Virus record (IMG/VR): IMGVR_UViG_3300017589_000110
Span: 1-41,295 of that record
DNA: 41,295 nt
Strand: one strand, 5' to 3'
Source of the DNA: a virus
Lineage: Duplodnaviria; Caudoviricetes
The translations under genes and the position numbers were made by a program. The notes beneath the pieces were generated by a model. It was not told the origin of the DNA and did not search any database. It was given only the letters and a program-made list of their open reading frames with translations. Shown piece by piece: positions 9,240 to 17,724 of the stretch (position 1 is its first letter; each line of letters begins with the position of its first letter).

Positions 9240-9672
9240 AATATTAACAGCAGAGCATAGAGAAAAAATAAAATATCTTAATCAATATAAATTTTTAAAT
9301 GCAGAGATAGACAGAAAAATAAAATACATGGAAGACTGCAAAAGCAAGATATTTAATGTTACTGGTACTCTATCGGACATGCCAAGAAGCGGCAACAGGA
9401 GCAATGTAATAGAGGACGGCATAGTAAGTATTAACGATATTGAGCAGACAATCAATCAGGACATAAATGAGCTATTATGTTTAAGAAGTGAAATAGAAAA
9501 TAAAATAAATAGAGTTAAAAATCCGATGCAAAGAGAGATATTAAAATGTAGATATCTTGATTTAAAAAAATATGAGCAAATTGCGGTAGATAAAAATATT
9601 GACTTAAGATGGCTGTATCGATTGCACGAGAAGGCTTTAGATGTCATTAAAATAAAAAAAGTTGACCATTGA
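9193..9672 (+). CDS. DUF1492/ArpU/RinA-like late transcription regulator (start uncertain)
   Basis: YLNQY, LSDMP, coiled coil, C-terminal sigma70-r4-like HTH (ILKCRYL...YEQIAV...YRLHEKAL); last gene before the late region. Confidence 0.8.
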   Translation: MVYVSAGRKIVRRVIKILTAEHREKIKYLNQYKFLNAEIDRKIKYMEDCKSKIFNVTGTLSDMPRSGNRSNVIEDGIVSINDIEQTINQDINELLCLRSEIENKINRVKNPMQREILKCRYLDLKKYEQIAVDKNIDLRWLYRLHEKALDVIKIKKVDH

Positions 9673-9749
9673 ATGCCACTATAAATCTGTGTTATTGTTA
9701 AGCTACCGAAGTTGACAAACTTAAGTCGGTATTTGTAAAACCCCCTGTG

Positions 9750-9780
9750 AAAAGGCATTACTGGAAAGTAGTGTCTTTTT
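9750..9780 (+). terminator. Intrinsic terminator after the late-promoter leader
   Basis: AAAAGGCATTACT-GGAA-AGTAGTGTCTTTTT. Confidence 0.7.
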
Positions 9781-9812
9781 ATGTAGAATATTGTTAAATT
9801 TTAGTAATTATG

Positions 9813-9841
9813 TTGAAATTTAATTTATTAGGATGTATGAT
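9813..9841 (+). promoter_or_regulatory. SigA-like promoter of moron 1
   Basis: TTGAAA-17-TATGAT. Confidence 0.5.
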
Positions 9842-9873
9842 TAAATAAAAACTATTTGGGGTGTAATTTCGGT

Positions 9874-10755
9874 ATGAACAGAACTATTTATGCATATGAT
9901 ATTAAAATAAAACCTAAAAGAATTAAAGATGTTAAAAAGTTACATTCATATGAAGAAGATATTGTTGAAATATTAACAAAAGTGAGTAAGTTAAATAGAA
10001 AGAAAAAATCGAAGGATTTTAAAAAAGAGAATAAGGTTATATTTTTAGACCATTTTTTTTATGATAGTGATAAACACATAATAAAATTGAAATTTTTATC
10101 TGCTAAGTATTCTTCAATGAGGACTGTTATTAATACAAAAACATTTATAAATAGAGGAATATTGAAAAAAATAGACGATGGTGATTTAGAGAAAAGCCAT
10201 ATTTTAATTAAATTTGAGGATGATAATGGGGCAATTGGATTAAGTGAATATACTAAAGATGGAATTAGTTTTTCTAAAGCTATTGAATATATTAATGATT
10301 TTATAGAAAAAAATCACGATAATAAGGATATGATTTTTTATAAAATGTCTTATGATAATATTGTTTCGAGAGACTTTTTAGAATCCTTAAGAAAATTAAA
10401 AAGAATCAAAGCAGTTACTTTAACAGTAGATCAATGTGATATAGGAGTTTCGGATAATAAGCGCTTTGCTGGGAGAGATGACATATCAAATGATGTTGAT
10501 ATTGTTTTAAGGCCATCAGCATATGGGAATGGAATTTTAAGTGATACGGTTAAAGAATTTTATAAAATGTACGATAATAAAAATATGCCAATAAAAAGGA
10601 TAACTGTTAATGGTGATAGGGAAACTAAAGACCCATTAACGTTTGACACAGAAAAAATGAAAGAGAAATATCCAATTGAAGTTCTTCAAGAACTGATAAC
10701 TGGAGAAGTAGACTCTGAAGATATGTTCGAAAAACTTTACTTATTGGTTGAGTAG
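9874..10755 (+). CDS. Moron soluble protein (~293 aa), candidate RexA/DUF4747/DUF6731-like defence sensor
   Basis: AT-rich; ATG after a GGGGTG RBS; alpha/beta soluble protein paired with a downstream 4-TM gene; family inferred from architecture only. Confidence 0.55.
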   Translation: MNRTIYAYDIKIKPKRIKDVKKLHSYEEDIVEILTKVSKLNRKKKSKDFKKENKVIFLDHFFYDSDKHIIKLKFLSAKYSSMRTVINTKTFINRGILKKIDDGDLEKSHILIKFEDDNGAIGLSEYTKDGISFSKAIEYINDFIEKNHDNKDMIFYKMSYDNIVSRDFLESLRKLKRIKAVTLTVDQCDIGVSDNKRFAGRDDISNDVDIVLRPSAYGNGILSDTVKEFYKMYDNKNMPIKRITVNGDRETKDPLTFDTEKMKEKYPIEVLQELITGEVDSEDMFEKLYLLVE

Positions 10756-10777
10756 TTATTTTTTAGAATGAGGTGAT

Positions 10778-11335
10778 TTGTTGAAAAAATATATTATTGA
10801 AATATTTGATCCGGTAAAAGACTTCTATTCAATGAGACATACACAAAAAAAAGAACTAGTATTTTTTATATTTGTTCCAATATTAGTTGCTATGATGTTT
10901 TTTATGATAGATTTTGTGGTGGTAACAACAAGAAGTTTTACTTTAGATGGTTTTGTTTTAGATATTTTAAACCAGCTTATAATAGTATTATCTTTATTTA
11001 TAAGTTTTAATATGGCATATTTATCAATAATAGTTACTAGTAGTAGTAAAAATGTAGATGGTTTAAAAGAAACATTATCTAGCGAATATATTCTCAAAAA
11101 TCGTAAAGATTATTGTACTTTATATCAAGTTTTGATATCTGAAATAACATATACTTTATTTTTAGAAATAGCATTTTTATTATTAATATTTTTAGAAAAA
11201 TTTCTAATGTATATATGTAATGATATAATAATAAAGTTTATTATAGCTATTGATATTGCTTTTCTCGTACATGTATTGTTACTAATGTTAATAACGATTA
11301 AAAATATATATTTTTCGTTTTGGAAATCAGAATAA
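10778..11335 (+). CDS. Moron 4-TM membrane protein, candidate RexB-like effector
   Basis: GAGGTGA RBS, TTG start; four long hydrophobic segments. Confidence 0.65.
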   Translation: MLKKYIIEIFDPVKDFYSMRHTQKKELVFFIFVPILVAMMFFMIDFVVVTTRSFTLDGFVLDILNQLIIVLSLFISFNMAYLSIIVTSSSKNVDGLKETLSSEYILKNRKDYCTLYQVLISEITYTLFLEIAFLLLIFLEKFLMYICNDIIIKFIIAIDIAFLVHVLLLMLITIKNIYFSFWKSE

Positions 11336-11436
11336 AATATTGAAAAGGAACTCTTAACAAAGTTCTTGTTCAATATTAAAGATAGGATTATAAAGAATTT
11401 GGCAATTTTGCGTGTGTCTTTTTATGTAGAATACTG

Positions 11437-11465
11437 TAGACAGGTAATGTTTTCCGATGTATAAT
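11437..11465 (+). promoter_or_regulatory. SigA-like promoter of moron 2
   Basis: TAGACA-17-TATAAT. Confidence 0.7.
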
Positions 11466-11487
11466 GATGGTAAAATATTATGCATAA

Positions 11488-11709
11488 ATGGAGGATTTTG
11501 CAATGATGATGAATATTAAATTATCAGATGAGCAGTGCAATAAATTGGCTCAAAAGATATTAGGTGGGAAATTTGGAATGTATGGACAAGGAAATTTTGA
11601 TATTGGGATAACAGAATTTACTGAAATACTCAGAATCGCATTTAATGAAAATAATGCAGAAGAAAAAATCGAAACTTATTACAAAACATTGAGTAGTAGA
11701 ATATTTTAG
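11488..11709 (+). CDS. Moron hypothetical protein (true start probably ATG ~11503)
   Basis: GGAGG RBS at 11491-11495; own promoter and terminator. Confidence 0.65.
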   Translation: MEDFAMMMNIKLSDEQCNKLAQKILGGKFGMYGQGNFDIGITEFTEILRIAFNENNAEEKIETYYKTLSSRIF

Positions 11710-11847
11710 TAAGAGCCTAAATGATAAAATTATATTTATAAGTAAGGTTTATGGAACTCCTAACAGGGTTCTTTTTTAATACGAGTATTAACATTTACAT
11801 AATTAATCCGATATATTATATAGCATAAATAAAAAGGGGATAAAAGT

Positions 11848-12309
11848 ATGAAAGAGTTTTTTTATAAAATAAAGGGTATTCAGAGAAATAACAGGTATTA
11901 CATATTTTTTGGTATTCAGGTACTGTGCATTGTCTTATATTTTGTTTCTATTAAAGGTTTGGAGAGACCTGCAGGGTTATTAGAAGCAATAAAATTTTGT
12001 TTCATGAATCCGGGTGATTATTTCATTGCAATTCTAGTAGGCATAGTGGCATGGTTTTTATTTAGCATACTACTAATATCTAATCTCATGGAGATACCGA
12101 TAATAAAAGATATATTAGACTATGACGACTATTATGGAAGTTATGGAGGTTATGAAGCTTACGAAGACATATCTAAAGTGAAGATGATAGTCAACATAGT
12201 ATTATGTATTATAGCATTTATATTAAATACAATATGTTTGAGTTATCTGATAATGTTAATTGGGATTTTAATAATCTTAGTAGTTGCAGTAATTATTTTC
12301 ACTCAGTAA
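11848..12309 (+). CDS. Moron membrane protein (3-4 TM)
   Basis: AAGGGG RBS; hydrophobic segments; acidic Tyr/Gly-rich loop DYDDYYGSYGGYEAYED. Confidence 0.7.
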   Translation: MKEFFYKIKGIQRNNRYYIFFGIQVLCIVLYFVSIKGLERPAGLLEAIKFCFMNPGDYFIAILVGIVAWFLFSILLISNLMEIPIIKDILDYDDYYGSYGGYEAYEDISKVKMIVNIVLCIIAFILNTICLSYLIMLIGILIILVVAVIIFTQ

Positions 12310-12392
12310 AATAAAATTATAAAATTAGAATGAAAAGAACTCTTAACTAGGGTTCTTTTTTAATATAACATAACGACGAATGAGGTGGTGGT

Positions 12393-13109
12393 GTGGGAGA
12401 AATAAGAAGTCCGGATAATAAAGAATTCGCATTTGAGGATTACCAGAAGGGCATGAAATATAAAGACATAGCACAGAAGTACAATGTATCACTGAATACA
12501 GTTAAGTCATGGCAGAAGCGAAATAAATGGACAAGGGAAAAGGGTGCACCCGAAACTCAAAAAGGGTGCACCCTTAAAAGAGGTGCGCAGCCAGGCAATA
12601 AAAATGCTACAGGACCACCTCAAAATAAGAATGCAGAAAAACATGGGTTCTTGACTAAATGGCTCCCTGAGGAAACAATGCAAATCATGGGTGCTATTCA
12701 ATCAGCTAACCCGTTAGATCTTCTTTGGGATAATATACAACTGCAATATACTGCTATTATACGAGCTCAAAAACTTATGTATGTCAGAGATCAGGAAGAT
12801 ACGACTACAACCAAAATAGGTGAAGGTTATAGCGATTCTGGAAGTAGTGAGAAATGGGAAGTACAGCAGGCTTGGGATAAGCACGCTACATTTCTCAACG
12901 CTCAATCAAAGGCAATGAAGACGTTTGAAAGTATGATCAAGCAATATGATGAGTTATTGCATAAGAATTGGGAACTTGCTACAGAAGAACAAAAGACACG
13001 AATTGCAGTATTGAAAGTTAAGGCTAATTTAGATGACAATGAAACTACTGAAGATGATGGCTTTGTAGAAGCTTTATCAGGAAAGGTTGATGAAGTATGG
13101 CAGGAATAA
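12393..13109 (+). CDS. terS: Terminase small subunit
   Basis: N-terminal HTH (MKYKDIAQKYNVSLNTVKSW), GAQPGNKNA..NKNAEKHG motif, overlaps terL. Confidence 0.9.
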   Translation: MGEIRSPDNKEFAFEDYQKGMKYKDIAQKYNVSLNTVKSWQKRNKWTREKGAPETQKGCTLKRGAQPGNKNATGPPQNKNAEKHGFLTKWLPEETMQIMGAIQSANPLDLLWDNIQLQYTAIIRAQKLMYVRDQEDTTTTKIGEGYSDSGSSEKWEVQQAWDKHATFLNAQSKAMKTFESMIKQYDELLHKNWELATEEQKTRIAVLKVKANLDDNETTEDDGFVEALSGKVDEVWQE

Positions 13110-14437
13110 AAAAAGCTATATTTAAATTCAAACCCTTCTCTAACAAACAACTTAAAGTATTAACCTGGTGGCTTCCGAATTCACCGGTTAAAGATAAAGA
13201 CGGCATAATTGCAGATGGAGCTATTCGTTCAGGTAAAACTCTATCAATGTCATTGTCATTCGTTATTTGGGCAATGGAGACATTCACGCAACAAAACTTA
13301 GGTATGTGTGGAAAGACTATAGGGTCATTCAGACGTAACGTTCTATTTTGGTTGAAGCTTATGCTCAGGTCAAGAGGATACAAAGTCAAGGATCATAGAG
13401 CAGATAATTTAGTTATAGTTAGTAAAGGTGATGTTACTAACTATTTTTATATATTTGGTGGTAAAGATGAACGGTCACAAGATTTGATACAAGGTATCAC
13501 TCTTGCAGGCTGTTTTTTTGATGAGGTTGCACTTATGCCTGAGAGTTTTGTTAACCAGGCAGTAGGTCGTTGTTCAGTTGACGGTTCAAAGTTTTGGTTC
13601 AACTGCAACCCGGATAATCCAAAGCATTGGTTTAAGATTAACTGGATTGACAAGATAGTTGAAAAAAAATTATTGTATCTTCATTTCACAATGGATGACA
13701 ATTTAAGCTTATCAGAGAAGATTAAAGAGAGATACCGAAGCATGTTTTCAGGTGTCTTTTTTAAACGTTTCATACTTGGCTTATGGGTAGCAGCTGAGGG
13801 TGTTATTTATGCACAGTTTGCAAATAATCCTGATAAATGGATAATCAGCTTCAAAGATGAAGAAAAAAAGAAAAAATATTGTAAGGACATTGATTTTATT
13901 TCAATAGGAGTGGACTTTGGTGGTAATAGATCATTGACTACATTTGTTGCTACAGCGGTGCATCGTAACTTTAGTAAGTTAACAGTACTTAAGGATCATA
14001 ATATCAAAGGTCAAAAGGGCGATATAGATTCTGATAAAGTTAATAGTGAATTCATAGGTTTTTATCAGAGGTTACAAGCCGAATATCCAGGAGTTTATAT
14101 TGAATATTGCTTTGCGGACAGTGAAGCACAGTATTTGATTAACAGTTTAAAGAAAGCATGCGCAAAAGCAGGGTTGCCAATTAAAATAGGTGATTCAGCT
14201 AAGAATGAAATAGTGCAGCGTATTTACTGTGCTAACACATTACTAAACATGATAAGGCTGTTTGTTCATAAAGATTGTACATTGTTAATTGATGGTTTAC
14301 AGTCTGCAGTATGGGATGCAAAAGCAGCAGAGCAGGGTAAAGATGTTAGATTAGATGATTTTACTTCAGATATAGATATCCTGGATGCATTTGAGTATAG
14401 CTGGGAAAGATTCATGAAGAAACTAATACCAAGGTAG
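13097..14437 (+). CDS. terL: Terminase large subunit, PBSX family
   Basis: DGAIRSGKT Walker A, FFDEVAL Walker B, NCNP, nuclease GVDFG and D..DAFEY. Confidence 0.95.
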   Translation: MAGIKKAIFKFKPFSNKQLKVLTWWLPNSPVKDKDGIIADGAIRSGKTLSMSLSFVIWAMETFTQQNLGMCGKTIGSFRRNVLFWLKLMLRSRGYKVKDHRADNLVIVSKGDVTNYFYIFGGKDERSQDLIQGITLAGCFFDEVALMPESFVNQAVGRCSVDGSKFWFNCNPDNPKHWFKINWIDKIVEKKLLYLHFTMDDNLSLSEKIKERYRSMFSGVFFKRFILGLWVAAEGVIYAQFANNPDKWIISFKDEEKKKKYCKDIDFISIGVDFGGNRSLTTFVATAVHRNFSKLTVLKDHNIKGQKGDIDSDKVNSEFIGFYQRLQAEYPGVYIEYCFADSEAQYLINSLKKACAKAGLPIKIGDSAKNEIVQRIYCANTLLNMIRLFVHKDCTLLIDGLQSAVWDAKAAEQGKDVRLDDFTSDIDILDAFEYSWERFMKKLIPR

Positions 14438-14449
14438 GGAGGTGACATA

Positions 14450-15907
14450 TTGAATATAAGCACAATAGTAGAATATTTAAATAAAACAAAAGGATACACA
14501 ATACCATCTGATTACTACCAGAATATAGAGGAATGGCGTCAATGGTGGAAAGGGTTCTATAAGCCGTTTCATGAATTCAATGAGGTTAATGGCGATAGAT
14601 CAATCAAAAGAAAACTCTTTACTCTCAAAATGGCTAAGAAAGTTTCAGAGGACTGGGCAAGCATCCTACTAAATGAAAAAACACAGATAGTTATTGATGA
14701 TAAAGTATCAAGTGAATTTGTCCAGGGTAAGGAGGACGAGCAGGGGACTGGTGGAGTACTCGGGTATAATAGCTTTTGGCAACAGGGCAATGAACTTGTT
14801 GAAAAAGCTTTTTATAGTGGCACAGGTGCATTTGTATTAAAGCTATCGGGTATGATGTTACAAGGTGAATCTATAGTCAAAGATGCTAACACGAAAATAC
14901 ATATAGATTACTTAACAGCATTGAATATAATACCTTTAACAATCAGGAATAACAGAATTATAGAAGTTGCATTTGTATCAGAGGTATTAGAAAAGGGTAA
15001 AAAATTTATATACCTTGAAATTCATGAATTAGCTGATACGGGCTACCGAATCACAAATCAGTATTTCAAGTATGAAAATGAACAACTGCAAGAGCAGCCA
15101 TTACCTGCAGGAATAGCTCCAGTTATATATACAGGATCCGATATAGCATTATTCTCTATAATAAAGCCTAACATATCAAATACCTTTGATAAATCAAACG
15201 GATTAGGAATGTCAATATATGCTCACGCTATAGACAATATTATGGGTGTAGATTTAGCATTTAATAATCTATGTAGAGACTTCAAGCTAGGTGGTAAGAA
15301 AGTATTCTATAATGAAACCCTAATAAAAAGGGATTCAGAGGGTAGGTCAATAACTCCTGATGATGTTATGCAGCAGTTATTTATGCAAGTAGGGGATGGA
15401 AACATTGATAAAGAAAAGGAATTAATTCAAGAGTTCAATCCTACGTTGAGAGTACAAGAAAACAAAGACGGTATTCAAGCACAGCTTGATTATCTAAGTT
15501 TTAAATGCGGTCTTGGAACAAAGCATTATCAGTTCAATGCAGGTACAATAGTAACAGCTACCCAGTATTCGGGTGATAAGCAAGAACTTATACAGAATGC
15601 AAGTAAACACTATATCGTAGTAGAAAAAGCATTACAAGACCTGGTTAAAGCTATTTTGTGGGCAGGTAAAGAAATTTTAGGACAATCTGTTAATCCTGAT
15701 GCAAATGTCTCAATCAATTTTGATGATAGTTATATCATAGACAAAGAGTCAGAGAGATTGAGAGATCTTCAAGAAATGAGAGAAGGTATACTGCAGAAGT
15801 ATGAATATCGTATGAAGTGGTATGGTGAAGATGAAGCTACTGCAAAGAAGATGATAGGAGTAGAACAGACTGATGAAGAACTTATGGGTCTAGGTGGTGG
15901 CAAATAA
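14450..15907 (+). CDS. Portal protein (A118/SPP1 gp6-like)
   Basis: Position after terL; GLGMSIY, TATQ, FDDS and YG.DE..A motifs. Confidence 0.9.
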   Translation: MNISTIVEYLNKTKGYTIPSDYYQNIEEWRQWWKGFYKPFHEFNEVNGDRSIKRKLFTLKMAKKVSEDWASILLNEKTQIVIDDKVSSEFVQGKEDEQGTGGVLGYNSFWQQGNELVEKAFYSGTGAFVLKLSGMMLQGESIVKDANTKIHIDYLTALNIIPLTIRNNRIIEVAFVSEVLEKGKKFIYLEIHELADTGYRITNQYFKYENEQLQEQPLPAGIAPVIYTGSDIALFSIIKPNISNTFDKSNGLGMSIYAHAIDNIMGVDLAFNNLCRDFKLGGKKVFYNETLIKRDSEGRSITPDDVMQQLFMQVGDGNIDKEKELIQEFNPTLRVQENKDGIQAQLDYLSFKCGLGTKHYQFNAGTIVTATQYSGDKQELIQNASKHYIVVEKALQDLVKAILWAGKEILGQSVNPDANVSINFDDSYIIDKESERLRDLQEMREGILQKYEYRMKWYGEDEATAKKMIGVEQTDEELMGLGGGK

Positions 15908-17424
15908 TGCTTACTCCAGAACAATTAGATAAATATCCAGATAATCTTGTAGAACTCTATTCGAAAGCAGAATCTGATATTATTGCTGATATTGCAAGAC
16001 GTATTTCAACTTATGACTATTTTATACCATCAGCTCAACATCAATATAATAAACTACTTGAGATGGGAAATATTCATGGTGAAATATTAAAAAAGCTATC
16101 CGCAATGACAAAGTACAGTAAGGGCGAGCTTAAGGTCTTGATGGAAGATGCAGGATATAAGACTATAAAAGTAGATGATGCAATATATAAGAAAGCTGGA
16201 CTTAATCCATTAACAATTGAGCAGTCACCTGCATTAATTGCAATACTTGAAACAGGAATAAATAATACAAATGGACTGTTTGAAAACTTAACCAGGACCA
16301 CAGCACAAACAGGCTCTAAACAGTTTGAAAGAATTCTTGATAGAGCGTATTTGCAAATAACAACAGGAGCATTTGATTATAATACTGCAATTAGAACTGC
16401 AGTAAAAGATTTAGCATCTAATGGTATTGCAGCAGTCGAATATCCTAATGGACATATAAACTATATTGAATCAGCAGTAAGACGTGCAGTTATAACAGGA
16501 ATTAATCAAACAGCTTTAAAGATGCAAGATGCAAGAGCTGATGAAATGGGTAGTGATCTTGTTGAAACATCTGCTCATGCAGGTGCAAGACCATCACACG
16601 CAAGATGGCAAGGAAAAGTATTCAGTCGTTCAGGCAACAGTACTAAATATCCAGATTTTAAACTTGAGACTGGATACGGAACAGGACCAGGCTTAGGAGG
16701 ATGGAATTGTAGACATAGTTTTTATCCATTCTTTGAGGGATTATCAGAACCGGCTTATACAAAAGCTGAACTTGATGATATGAATGCCAAGAAATATGAA
16801 TATAATGGCGAAAAACTTACAGAGTATGAAGCTTCGCAAAAACAAAGGACCATAGAAAGGAATATACGTAGGTGGAAAAGAGAATATACTGGAATGGAAG
16901 TTGCTGGACAGCCTACTAATGAAGCTGCATCAAAGATAGTAAGATGGCAAGATGAGCAGCGTAGTTTTTTGAAGCAAACGGGACTTAAGCGTCAGACTGA
17001 CAGGGAACAGATACCTGGATTTAGCAATAGCGAAGCAAGAAAAACAGATTGGGTTATTCGCAAAGAAAAGGAAAGAATAAAGTATGAAAATAATATCAAG
17101 CCAACTCAACCTAAAACTTTAAAAGCTGAGAATATTGAATTGCAAAATAAGGTTGATTATGATATAATATCAAAAAATACTTCCAAGCAAGGAATAGTTC
17201 CATCCGGGGTAACTGCAACCAATGTTCATGTTATGGCTGGATATGGTTCTTCTGTTAATATAAGAGTTGCTAAAGATTTATCAAAAACATACGGAGGCGA
17301 TTATTGGAAGTGGCAAAAGAAAACTGGAACGGTAGAAAGTAGTTATGGATTGTATGAGGTTCATTGGTATGAATATAATGGGAAACAATACAGAGCTAAA
17401 TTGAAGGGGTTGAAAGAAAAATGA
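15907..17424 (+). CDS. Phage minor capsid protein (Phage_min_cap2/MuF-type) with C-terminal toxin-like extension
   Basis: SAHAGARPSHARWQG and GWNCRHSFYPF motifs; ~110-aa extension ending EVHWYEYNGKQYRAKLK. Confidence 0.85.
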   Translation: MLTPEQLDKYPDNLVELYSKAESDIIADIARRISTYDYFIPSAQHQYNKLLEMGNIHGEILKKLSAMTKYSKGELKVLMEDAGYKTIKVDDAIYKKAGLNPLTIEQSPALIAILETGINNTNGLFENLTRTTAQTGSKQFERILDRAYLQITTGAFDYNTAIRTAVKDLASNGIAAVEYPNGHINYIESAVRRAVITGINQTALKMQDARADEMGSDLVETSAHAGARPSHARWQGKVFSRSGNSTKYPDFKLETGYGTGPGLGGWNCRHSFYPFFEGLSEPAYTKAELDDMNAKKYEYNGEKLTEYEASQKQRTIERNIRRWKREYTGMEVAGQPTNEAASKIVRWQDEQRSFLKQTGLKRQTDREQIPGFSNSEARKTDWVIRKEKERIKYENNIKPTQPKTLKAENIELQNKVDYDIISKNTSKQGIVPSGVTATNVHVMAGYGSSVNIRVAKDLSKTYGGDYWKWQKKTGTVESSYGLYEVHWYEYNGKQYRAKLKGLKEK

Positions 17425-17672
17425 AATTAAAGTATATAGGAGAAAGCTTTGGAGTGGATGAGCTGACAAACGGTAAGGTTTATAAATGCCTTGGTTTCGA
17501 TAGTGGAATGCTAAGAGTAATTGATGATAGCGAAGAAGATTACTTATATTCTGTAGTTAATCCGAGACCTACGGACGGTAGCTCAAAAGGCGGTAAGTGG
17601 GAAATAGTTGAGGACGATGAAAAAGGAACACTAACTGATTTATTTAATTCAATAAAAAACTATAAAGCATAA
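17421..17672 (+). CDS. Putative immunity protein of the MuF toxin
   Basis: ATGA-coupled to the minor capsid gene; small and acidic; LTNGKVY and LRVIDDSEEDYLYS motifs; followed by a terminator. Confidence 0.6.
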   Translation: MKLKYIGESFGVDELTNGKVYKCLGFDSGMLRVIDDSEEDYLYSVVNPRPTDGSSKGGKWEIVEDDEKGTLTDLFNSIKNYKA

Positions 17673-17708
17673 AAAGCATTTGTTAAACAAAATAACAGAT
17701 GCTTTTTT
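17671..17708 (+). terminator. Intrinsic terminator
   Basis: AAAAAGCATTTGTTA...TAACAGATGCTTTTTT. Confidence 0.75.
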
Positions 17709-17724
17709 AATCCCCATTTTTAAG

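Larger units (their letters stand above)
9771..11433 (+). repeat. 20-bp direct repeats GTGTCTTTTTATGTAGAATA (9771-9790 and 11414-11433) flanking a two-gene cassette
   Basis: Exact match read from the sequence; extends to 24 bp with one mismatch. Confidence 0.9.
11341..12365 (+). repeat. Three related terminator-like hairpins (consensus GAACTCYTAAC..GGTTCTTTTTTAATA) at 11348-11367, 11754-11781 and 12337-12365
   Basis: One copy after each moron; copies 1 and 3 share TGAAAA(G)GAACTCTTAAC; copies 2 and 3 share AGGGTTCTTTTTTAATA. Confidence 0.85.

Noticed and set aside
11348-12356. GAAC...GTTC in the moron hairpins as LexA boxes
   Set aside because: The spacer is 10-11 bp rather than 4, and the elements lie after stop codons (two of them with U-tracts)
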